A stretch of DNA of 38,584 nucleotides from Candidatus Woesearchaeota archaeon (GCA_026394995.1 JAPLZO010000043.1:1-38584); one strand, 5' to 3'. Numbered from the stretch's first letter, positions 14,729 through 22,284 are shown. Notes: a model not told the origin generated them from the letters alone. Numbers and translations are program-made.

Positions 14729-16147
14729 ATGAAAAAGAGGTTTATTATAACAGTATTAATATTTATTTTATCATCTTTAATATTATCAATCGAAAGTAAA
14801 GATGTATTAGCAGAAACCATTACTAGAACAATTGTTGCAACAGCAGATGATACTAGTAGTTGGGGTGATGATTGGTCTAATACTCAAAGTGGTGCATTAG
14901 TAGGGTATAATAGTGCTGGTGGATGGAATCCTGGTCATTCATCTTTAAGATTTAGAAATATTACAATCACACAAGGAACCACAATAACTTCTGCATATTT
15001 AACTTTTAAGGCAGCTGGAACTGCAGGAACACCTACAAATTTAAGTATATATGGAGAAAATGTAGATAATGCAACACAAATTACAAGTTTAGCTGATTTT
15101 AATGCAAGGACACTAACAACAGCTCCTGTTAATTATGTTCCTTCAACATGGACAACTGGTACAGTATACAATAGTGTAGATATAAGTTCTATTATTCAAA
15201 AAATTATTAATAGAGCAGGTTGGTCTTCTAGTAATTCTATACAAATATTTTGGAAATATGTTGGTGGTACTGATGGTACTTATAGAATACATTATAATTT
15301 AGATGGTACACCTTATGCTACTGGTTTAACTATAACTTATAGAACACCACCAACAGCAACAGTATCAAGACCAGATAATTTAGCCATATTCAACACACCA
15401 ATAACATTCGAGATTAATACAACCGATAATAATCAATTATATAATGTCTCCTTAATAGCTAATTGGACAGGTTCTTGGGCTGTTAATGAAACCACTATAA
15501 TTAATGGAACTAGTAATTCAACTACATGGAATATTAATGTTCTAAATGGTAAATATTCATGGAGTTGTTATGCCTGTGATACATATTCAAATTGTGTTTA
15601 TGCAAGTGAAAATAGAACTTTTACTTTTGATAATATTAATCCAAATATAAATATAACATTTCCATTAAATACAACATATGCAATACCACCAACAAAAATA
15701 AGTTATATAGTATCAGATACTAATTTACAATCCTGTTGGTATTCTCTAGATAAGGGTACTACTAATACAACAATAACTTGTGGAAATAATGTAACTGATT
15801 TAAGCTCTAATGTAGGCTCTAACACCTGGACAATTTATGTAAATGATTCAGCTAGTAATACAAACAAATCTGTTGTTACATTCACTTATACTCAAGCGAA
15901 TAATTTTATAATTCAAAATTCAACTAATGAAAATCAAACTTATTTTATAATAAATACTATAGGTAATGTTGGTTTTGGAACAAGTGGCCCAACATCTACA
16001 TTAACAGTATCTGGTGATATGAAAATGAATGGTTTATATGTTAATTCAACTGATATGAACATTAGTACAGGTTCATATCAAATAGAAAGTTACACACATA
16101 GTCGTAAATTTTATATAGATGGTACAGGCAATTTAATAATATTATAG
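14729..16147 (+). CDS. secreted protein with an N-terminal beta-sandwich, Ig-like sequon-rich domains and a 'GNVGFGTSGPTSTLTVSG' module
   Basis: Sec signal peptide MKKRFIITVLIFILSSLILSIESKDVLA. Its Ig-like domains resemble the C-terminal third of the 1817-aa protein (conserved W/C pattern 'YSWSCYACD', 'NWSVNCTD'). The C-terminal end is 'RKFYIDGTGNLIIL'. Confidence 0.75.
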   Translation: MKKRFIITVLIFILSSLILSIESKDVLAETITRTIVATADDTSSWGDDWSNTQSGALVGYNSAGGWNPGHSSLRFRNITITQGTTITSAYLTFKAAGTAGTPTNLSIYGENVDNATQITSLADFNARTLTTAPVNYVPSTWTTGTVYNSVDISSIIQKIINRAGWSSSNSIQIFWKYVGGTDGTYRIHYNLDGTPYATGLTITYRTPPTATVSRPDNLAIFNTPITFEINTTDNNQLYNVSLIANWTGSWAVNETTIINGTSNSTTWNINVLNGKYSWSCYACDTYSNCVYASENRTFTFDNINPNINITFPLNTTYAIPPTKISYIVSDTNLQSCWYSLDKGTTNTTITCGNNVTDLSSNVGSNTWTIYVNDSASNTNKSVVTFTYTQANNFIIQNSTNENQTYFIINTIGNVGFGTSGPTSTLTVSGDMKMNGLYVNSTDMNISTGSYQIESYTHSRKFYIDGTGNLIIL

Positions 16148-16152
16148 TAAAA

Positions 16153-18498
16153 ATGAAAAATAAAATAAAAAAGAGGTTTATTATATTTTTAATAATACCT
16201 TTAATCTTTTTTATTAAAAATATAAATGCTCTAAACTATTTAGAAATTACAGCAACAACTACAATGTGTGGTTATAATAATACTTATGATATTATTAATA
16301 TAACTGGTTCTGGAATATTACAAGTATGTGCCTTTAATGGAACAATATGGAATGGAACTAATGATTGTTCTTATCCATCTGATACAGGATGTATAAATTT
16401 ACAAGTTCAAAATTTAACAATAGATGCTAATGCTCAAATAAATGGTACAGGAACTGGTTGGAGAAAAGGAGCAACTGCATATGCTGGTGAAGGTACTGGT
16501 GGTGGTGGTGCAGGTCCTGCTGGTGATGGTGGTGGTGCTGGTTTTGGTGGTTCTGGTGGTAATGGTGGTGGAGGTGGTAGTAATGGTGGTTCTGCTTATG
16601 GAGCATCTAATAATGTAACTGCTAAAGGTTCTGGTGGAGGTGGAGGTGGTGGTACTGTTGGTGGTAATGGTGGTGGTTATATTAAAATCAATGCAAGTGA
16701 TACTATTAATATAACAGGAATTATTAATTCAAAAGGTAATAGTGGTGTTAGTAGTACATCAGCACCTGATGGTTGTGGAGGCGGAGGTTCAGGTGGTGGT
16801 ATTTGGATAACAACAAATAATTTAGTTGGTTCTGGTGCTAATCAATTAATTAATACTACAGGAGCTAAAGGTGGTTCTTGTAATGTTGGATATTCAGGAG
16901 GTGGAGGTGGAGGTGGTAGAATATATATTCAATATTGTATAAATACATCATCATCTATAGTAACAGAATCCAAGGGTGGTTATAATGGTACTGGTGGTTA
17001 TAATGGTACTGCTGGAAATAATGGAACTATTAATATAACATATACAAGTTCTTTATGTCCTAATAATATAAACCCAAATTATTTTATAATCCATAATAAA
17101 ACAAATGATGCTCAAACTTATTTTTTGGTTAATCCATTAGGTATTGGTATAGGAACAGATAATCCAACATCTAAATTAACAATTTCAGGTGATATGTTGA
17201 TCCAAAATAATTATGACTCAAATACATGGAGTTTATCTGATTATACTTACAGAAAAAAATTTTATATTTATAATTCATCATCAAATCTTACAGATTATCA
17301 AGTTATACTTAATGTAGATACAAATTCCTTAATTCTAAATAATAAAATACAATCTGATTGTGATGATATAAGATTCGATTATGTTAATGGAACCCCAATT
17401 GATAATTATTGGCTTGAATCTTGTAATAATGCTACATCAAGAATATTTTTAAAAGTTCCTTCTATATGGACTGGAACAAATACATTTTATATGTATTATG
17501 GATATTCTTCTGCTACATCAATAAGTAATGAAAATAACACATTTAGTAGAATATTTGGAAGAGACTCACTTAGAATGTATTTACCTTTAAATGAAAATTC
17601 AGGAACAACTGCTTATGATAATTCAGGAGATGGAAATAATGGAACTATAATTGGTAGTGGCTGGACTACTACTGGAAAATATGGTAATGGTTTATATTTC
17701 AATGGAGCAGTTGGTAATTATATGAATATATCATGGGGCACAACACTAGGTTCTTCTTTTGCAAATAATTTTAGTGTTGAATTTTGGATGAAATATACTT
17801 TAACATCATCTTCTAATTATTTGAATTGGATATTTGCTAAAGAATATACTTCTCATGTTTCACCTTACTATCAATTTGATATTACAGGTAATAATGATAC
17901 TAGTGGTAAACCGTATCTAACAGTAAACACATGGCAAAATCAAACATATGGATCTCATATGAGTGTTGCTAGTTCTGTACTTAATTTTCAATGGCATCAT
18001 GTTGTTGCTACTGTAGACACTGTTACAACTGGTGTCAATAGTAGTAATGGAAATTTAAAACTTTATATCGATGGTGTTCTTAATGCCTCAACTACAACTA
18101 CTACTCGTACTTATGAAAACTGTAATTCAGCAATAGGATTAGGTACAAATGTTAATTATGATAATGTTAACTATAATTATAATGGTTATTTAGATGAAAT
18201 ACGTGTTTATAATAGAACTATTTCAGCTGCAGAAGTATCAGATCTTGCCAATGGTCGTCCATTCGTAACATCAATTTTTCCAAATAAACTTTTAATTTAT
18301 AAATATAGTCAACCATATATAGAAATTTTAATGGATAATATTGAACAAGTTTCTTCTTCAACAAACTATAAACCAACTTTATTTGTAAATTCTACACTAG
18401 TAAATAATACTGTAGGAACATATTCAATAGAAAAATCAGGATATGGTTATAAATTTTATTTAGATATATATGGGAATTTAATAATAGGAAAACCATAA
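16153..18498 (+). CDS. secreted protein with a Gly-rich predicted solenoid, GIGT module, DUF2341-like domain and LamG domain
   Basis: Signal peptide present. The Gly-rich region is about 16440-17040 (GGGGAGPAGDGGGAGFGGSGGNGGGGGSNGG...). Also 'LGIGIGTDNPTSKLTISG'; the DUF2341-like 'YRKKFYIYNSSSNLTDYQVILNV...DDIRFDY...FLKVPSIW..TNTFYMYYG'; LamG 'FSVEFWMKY..WHHVVATVD..LKLYIDGVL..GYLDEIRVYNRTISAAEVSDL'; and the C-terminal end 'KFYLDIYGNLIIGKP'. Confidence 0.8.
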   Translation: MKNKIKKRFIIFLIIPLIFFIKNINALNYLEITATTTMCGYNNTYDIINITGSGILQVCAFNGTIWNGTNDCSYPSDTGCINLQVQNLTIDANAQINGTGTGWRKGATAYAGEGTGGGGAGPAGDGGGAGFGGSGGNGGGGGSNGGSAYGASNNVTAKGSGGGGGGGTVGGNGGGYIKINASDTINITGIINSKGNSGVSSTSAPDGCGGGGSGGGIWITTNNLVGSGANQLINTTGAKGGSCNVGYSGGGGGGGRIYIQYCINTSSSIVTESKGGYNGTGGYNGTAGNNGTINITYTSSLCPNNINPNYFIIHNKTNDAQTYFLVNPLGIGIGTDNPTSKLTISGDMLIQNNYDSNTWSLSDYTYRKKFYIYNSSSNLTDYQVILNVDTNSLILNNKIQSDCDDIRFDYVNGTPIDNYWLESCNNATSRIFLKVPSIWTGTNTFYMYYGYSSATSISNENNTFSRIFGRDSLRMYLPLNENSGTTAYDNSGDGNNGTIIGSGWTTTGKYGNGLYFNGAVGNYMNISWGTTLGSSFANNFSVEFWMKYTLTSSSNYLNWIFAKEYTSHVSPYYQFDITGNNDTSGKPYLTVNTWQNQTYGSHMSVASSVLNFQWHHVVATVDTVTTGVNSSNGNLKLYIDGVLNASTTTTTRTYENCNSAIGLGTNVNYDNVNYNYNGYLDEIRVYNRTISAAEVSDLANGRPFVTSIFPNKLLIYKYSQPYIEILMDNIEQVSSSTNYKPTLFVNSTLVNNTVGTYSIEKSGYGYKFYLDIYGNLIIGKP

Positions 18499-18580
18499 CT
18501 AAACTTTTTTTAAAAAAGAAAACTTAGAAAGAAATTTAGAATTAAAAGATAAATCTTAAATAAAGTTTTCCTAAAAGGCT

Positions 18581-18943
18581 TTAACAAGTTTGTTCACTTA
18601 AATAAGTATCACTACCACAACTTGGATTTTCTAAACAATCAGTCCAATAATCTTTTCTACATAAGCAATTATATTTATTCCAAAATATTCTACAACTATC
18701 TTTTGCACAATAAATATTAATATATCCTACTGCACAATCAGGTCTGCCTCCACCACAACTACCATATCCAGTCGGATATTCATTTCTACAATTGAATTTC
18801 TTAGTAACAACACAACTTTGTGTTGTACCACATATAGAATTATCAGTACAAGTTACTCCACAATTATTAATATCACTACAACTTCTTGTTTGTTGTCCAT
18901 TTACACAAGCACTACATTGCCAATTTGGTGTACACACAAACAA
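18581..18943 (-). CDS. Cys-rich module ORF (120 aa) with no signal peptide and only a TTG start, in frame behind the TAG-TAA of the upstream gene; possibly a gene remnant or split gene
   Basis: The sequence 'CTPNWQCSACVNGQQTRSCSDINNCG...' parallels the last ~125 aa of the 585-aa protein ('CTPSWSCTSWGACVGGQQTRTCTDSNNCG...'). It is in the same reading frame as 18965..20722, separated by TAG, TAA and 6 sense codons. Confidence 0.4.
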   Translation of the reverse strand: MFVCTPNWQCSACVNGQQTRSCSDINNCGVTCTDNSICGTTQSCVVTKKFNCRNEYPTGYGSCGGGRPDCAVGYINIYCAKDSCRIFWNKYNCLCRKDYWTDCLENPSCGSDTYLSEQTC

Positions 18944-18964
18944 CTTATTTATAGTTTTGGTTTA

Positions 18965-20722
18965 CTAACAGTCTAACAAGCCACCTTCTTGGGTATATCC
19001 TGATGGACATGTAGGAGTTACTGAACATTCAGAATACACAGTAGACTTGCACCATAATTGACACAAGTTATCACGCCCACAACCTGATTCCTCTTTAATT
19101 TCAACACAAGTGTCAGGAGAACACTGATTAATAAAACTAGCACAAGCATATATAGAGCACGATCTGCTAGTACACCAGTTGAGTTTTACATAATCCTGAG
19201 TACACTTAAGTTTTTTAAGTTGCACACAGTTCTGCGTTTCCCCAGGCTTGTAAATAGTAGTGCCGCAGTTATTACTATCTGTACAAGTCCTAGTCTGCTG
19301 CCCACCAACGCAAGCGCCCCATGATGTACAACTCCATGAAGGTGTACAAGGAGTTGTACATGAACCTGAACAACAATTACTACAATCAGTTGCACCACTT
19401 ACTGAACTACATGATATATAAGATGAACATGTATTAGATTTACAAGTTCCACCTAAAGATGAACATGTTTGTTGTGGTATTGTACAAGTTCCACTACAAC
19501 ATGAATATCCATAACCACAATCAGTTGCACCATCTATAGGATTACATGAATTGTAATAAGAACAATATCCTAATTCACAAGTTCCACCTAAAGATGAACA
19601 TGTTTGTTGTGGTATTGTACAAGTTCCACTACAACAATATCCTGTAGTACAAGTACCAGTTCCAGCAACACAATCATTATAATAATTACAAGGAGAAGTT
19701 TTACAATTTTGACATTGTTGACTTTGAACTACACAAGCTCCAGTAGAACTTTGACATGTATAACCACTACTACAACCACATAAAATACAATTATCTACTA
19801 ATTGTAAATTATTTTGTACAAGACTACAAAATTTAGGTTTTGTACTAGAACATTGTCCTATTGCTGTTCCACCACTACATGTTGTCAAACACTTACCTTT
19901 ATCTCTACAAATACCTAAATACAACATACTAATAATTCCGCTAGTAGCATCCCAACAACAATTAGCATCGTTAGAACATTCATTTTTATCTTTATAATAA
20001 GAACAAGATAACACACAACTGCTACCCGTCCACAAACAACCTAATCTTTCACAATTGGCTTTAGTAGTTTCTCCAGCACACAAATATTTTTCTTTAGGTC
20101 CACTAATTTCTTTTTTAAATTCTCCACCAACATAAACTTTAGAAACACCTTCTAAACTTTCTCTACTAACAATAATAATTTCTGGTTTATTTGTACTTAA
20201 TCCAAATGTATAATAACCTCCATTTAATATAATTGATACATCACTTAAACCTTTAGCACTTACATTAGCAATACATGTTTTTTGCAATACAGTATTTTTC
20301 AATCCAGGGCTTATTGAAAAACCTGCAAAATCAATGGTCGCGCTTAGATCATTATAACAACCATTTAAACCAATTACACCTTGTTGATAATCAACCATTA
20401 TTGGCTGATCCATATAATTCCCCATATACAAAACATCATTATTATAAAAAGCATATATTAATCCAAAATATGGATTTTGAGCACGAGCATATGAACTATA
20501 TAAAATACTGAAATTTATAAAAGAATCAGAAACATCTCTTTCATTTGATAATAATAAAATATTAACAAATTTACTACTTTCAACTTCATAATTAGAACTT
20601 AATTCTTTAAAATCATCTTCTACAACTTTTTCAACTGATATATTTCTTTCAACAACTAATAGATAAATAACAAAACATAATATAATAGCCACTAATAAGT
20701 ATACCTGACCTCTTTTATTCAT
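18965..20722 (-). CDS. very cysteine-rich extracellular protein with a prepilin-like (class III-like) N-terminus
   Basis: N-terminus MNKRGQVYLLVAIILCFVIYLLVV (basic residues, then G|Q, then a hydrophobic helix). A ~200-aa Cys-poor domain is followed by dozens of Cys in repeated modules, including a 45-aa tandem repeat 'CSGTCTIPQQTCSSLGGTC' and a TSP1-like 'W.C..W..C..GQQTR.C.D.NNCG'. Confidence 0.75.
   Translation of the reverse strand: MNKRGQVYLLVAIILCFVIYLLVVERNISVEKVVEDDFKELSSNYEVESSKFVNILLLSNERDVSDSFINFSILYSSYARAQNPYFGLIYAFYNNDVLYMGNYMDQPIMVDYQQGVIGLNGCYNDLSATIDFAGFSISPGLKNTVLQKTCIANVSAKGLSDVSIILNGGYYTFGLSTNKPEIIIVSRESLEGVSKVYVGGEFKKEISGPKEKYLCAGETTKANCERLGCLWTGSSCVLSCSYYKDKNECSNDANCCWDATSGIISMLYLGICRDKGKCLTTCSGGTAIGQCSSTKPKFCSLVQNNLQLVDNCILCGCSSGYTCQSSTGACVVQSQQCQNCKTSPCNYYNDCVAGTGTCTTGYCCSGTCTIPQQTCSSLGGTCELGYCSYYNSCNPIDGATDCGYGYSCCSGTCTIPQQTCSSLGGTCKSNTCSSYISCSSVSGATDCSNCCSGSCTTPCTPSWSCTSWGACVGGQQTRTCTDSNNCGTTIYKPGETQNCVQLKKLKCTQDYVKLNWCTSRSCSIYACASFINQCSPDTCVEIKEESGCGRDNLCQLWCKSTVYSECSVTPTCPSGYTQEGGLLDC
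19442..19501 (-). repeat. 60-nt exact intragenic tandem repeat, copy 1
   Basis: acaagttccacctaaagatgaacatgtttgttgtggtattgtacaagttccactacaaca, identical to 19577-19636 (offset 135 nt, 45 codons). Confidence 0.9.
19577..19636 (-). repeat. 60-nt exact intragenic tandem repeat, copy 2
   Basis: Identical to 19442-19501. It encodes 'CCSGTCTIPQQTCSSLGGTC'. Confidence 0.9.
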
Positions 20723-20740
20723 TATATAACCTTAAATATA

Positions 20741-21352
20741 TTATTTATTTAAATACTCTTCGATTTTGCTAAAAACCTTATCTATGGTTTTTTCACCAAC
20801 AATTTTAATTAAAATTTTCTTTTTAATATAAAAATCAATTAATGGTTTTGTTTCTTTATGAAAAATTTCTAATCTTTTTTTAATGCTTTCTTCATTATCA
20901 TCAGGTCTTTTTATTAATTTACTACCACAAATATCACATATATTATCATTTAAAGGTTTTTTACGATTTCCATAAATAGCTCCACATTTTTCACATTGTA
21001 TTCTTGTTGTTAATCTTTTTATAGCAGTTTCATCTTTTAAGGTTATATAAAAAACCTTATCTATCTTGGTTATTTTTTCTAATTCTCTAGCTTGTTTTAT
21101 TGTTCTAGGAAAACCATCTAAAACAAAATTGTTTTTTAATTTATTCTCTAATAAATCTAAAATAATCTTATCATCAACTAATTCACCTTTTTTTAATATT
21201 TCATCAATTTGTAAACCAATTTTACTTTTTTTATTAACTTCATTCCTTAGTATATCTCCTATAGAAATATGTTCTAAATGATAAATTTCATTTAACAATT
21301 TAGCATATGTTCCTTTCCCAGAACCTTGCATTCCTATTAAAATAATTTTCAT
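20741..21352 (-). CDS. adk: adenylate kinase, long bacterial-type with a Zn-binding lid
   Basis: P-loop 'GMQGSGKGT', 'LDGFPRT', and the lid 'CEKCGAIYG...CDICGSKLIKRPDD'. I prefer ATG 21352 (MKIILIG...) over the TTG at 21370 used by the track. Confidence 0.9.
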   Translation of the reverse strand: MKIILIGMQGSGKGTYAKLLNEIYHLEHISIGDILRNEVNKKSKIGLQIDEILKKGELVDDKIILDLLENKLKNNFVLDGFPRTIKQARELEKITKIDKVFYITLKDETAIKRLTTRIQCEKCGAIYGNRKKPLNDNICDICGSKLIKRPDDNEESIKKRLEIFHKETKPLIDFYIKKKILIKIVGEKTIDKVFSKIEEYLNK

Positions 21353-21368
21353 TTTTTCTTTTTTTTCC

Positions 21369-21393
21369 AAGGCTTTCTTTTTAAGAAAGGCTT
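21369..21393. repeat. palindromic hairpin aaggctttctt-ttt-aagaaaggctt between tRNA-Thr(GGU) and adk
   Basis: Read directly from the sequence. The same core palindrome (ggcttTctt-N3-aagaaagcc) recurs inside intron 2 of the adjacent tRNA (21455-21475). Confidence 0.5.
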
Positions 21394-21395
21394 AA

Positions 21396-21548
21396 AGCCT
21401 TGGGTGGAAATTGCATCCACGACCTCATGCTTTTTGTTTTTTTATTTTCTTTCCAGGGCTTCTTCCTAAGAAAGCCTATACCAAGCATCTAAGCAATACT
21501 AAGGGTTTACCCTTACTATTTGTGCTCCACTGACTGAGCTACCAAGGC
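21396..21548 (-). tRNA. tRNA-Thr(GGU) with two introns (33 nt near position 27/28; 47 nt at canonical 37/38)
   Basis: Minus strand: GCCTTGG-TA-GCTC-AGTCAGTG-GAGC-A-C[AAATAGTAAGGGTAAACCCTTAGTATTGCTTAG]ATGC-TTGGTA[47 nt]A-GCATG-AGGTC-GTGGA-TGCAATT-TCCAC-CCAAGGC-T. Removing 21489-21521 and 21432-21478 gives a 73-nt cloverleaf with perfect acceptor, D and anticodon stems. The T-loop is atypical (UGC instead of UUC). No CCA is encoded. Confidence 0.7.
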
Positions 21549-21554
21549 AATAAA

Positions 21555-21664
21555 TGCGAGGGACAGGATTTGAACCTGCGCAGGCACTAAGCCACAGGAT
21601 CTTAAGTCCTGCTCATTTGACCAGATTTCAGGATATTTTCTTTATATCGCTCTGACACCCTCGC
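21555..21664 (-). tRNA. tRNA-Leu(UAA) with a 24-nt intron in the D-loop
   Basis: Minus strand: GCGAGGG-TG-TCA-GAGC[GATATAAAGAAAATATCCTGAAAT]CTGGTCAAA-TGA-G-CAGGA-CTTAAGA-TCCTG-(15-nt variable arm)-GCAGG-TTCAAAT-CCTGT-CCCTCGC-A. Without 21625-21648 the D-loop reads GAGCCTGGTCAAA, typical of archaeal Leu tRNAs. The mature length is 86 nt. Confidence 0.75.
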
Positions 21665-21690
21665 ATAATCTTTAAATTTGATATTTTTAT

Positions 21691-22284
21691 TTATAAAGGT
21701 TTGTATTTAAATTGAGGTTTAATAATTCTAAAGAAATCTTTCCAACTTTCTTTTTTGATATATACAAAGTACGAAGGTTTTTTATTTTTTCTTATAAAAG
21801 GACCTTGTATAGTACTCTTTATATTTAATTTGTATAATAATTTTTTAATTTGTTTTAAACCTCTTAGATTACAAGAAGAAAAAACTATTTTATTTTTACA
21901 AAAACAACCATCACCTTCAAAATAACCACGTAAGAACATCGGTATTATTTTTCTATTAGACATAACTCCAAATGGAACTTTCCAGTTTAAACAACCATAG
22001 TTAGAATAATTAAGTAAATTATTTATTATAAATCTCTTACATATTCTTACTCTATCTTTCTCTACTTTAGGAGAATAATTATATTCTTTTAAAAGGAGTT
22101 TTTGAAATTTTTTTAATAATCTAATGTCAAAATTACCAAATTGTATACAAACACTTCTTTTATTATTCATGTAATAATATTTATTTCTATCCTTATAGAA
22201 TTGCCAATAAGAGCTAATTTTGTTATAGTAATTACCCTCTGCACAAAGAAGTCCAATAATTTCAGCTTTAGCCTCACTTATCAT
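21691..22284 (-). CDS. free-standing double-motif LAGLIDADG homing endonuclease-like protein
   Basis: Two LAGLIDADG-type motifs, 'AEIIGLLCAEGN' and 'PMFLRGYFEGDGCF', in 197 aa, similar in size to monomeric archaeal intron endonucleases. Confidence 0.75.
   Translation of the reverse strand: MISEAKAEIIGLLCAEGNYYNKISSYWQFYKDRNKYYYMNNKRSVCIQFGNFDIRLLKKFQKLLLKEYNYSPKVEKDRVRICKRFIINNLLNYSNYGCLNWKVPFGVMSNRKIIPMFLRGYFEGDGCFCKNKIVFSSCNLRGLKQIKKLLYKLNIKSTIQGPFIRKNKKPSYFVYIKKESWKDFFRIIKPQFKYKPL

Noticed and set aside
13762-18498. Prophage or viral tail-fibre locus, suggested by the GNVGIGTT.P..KL motif.
   Set aside because: There are no capsid, portal, terminase, integrase or att-like repeats nearby. 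The genes carry Sec-type signal peptides and archaeal surface-protein features, so they are treated as cellular surface proteins, possibly of foreign origin.
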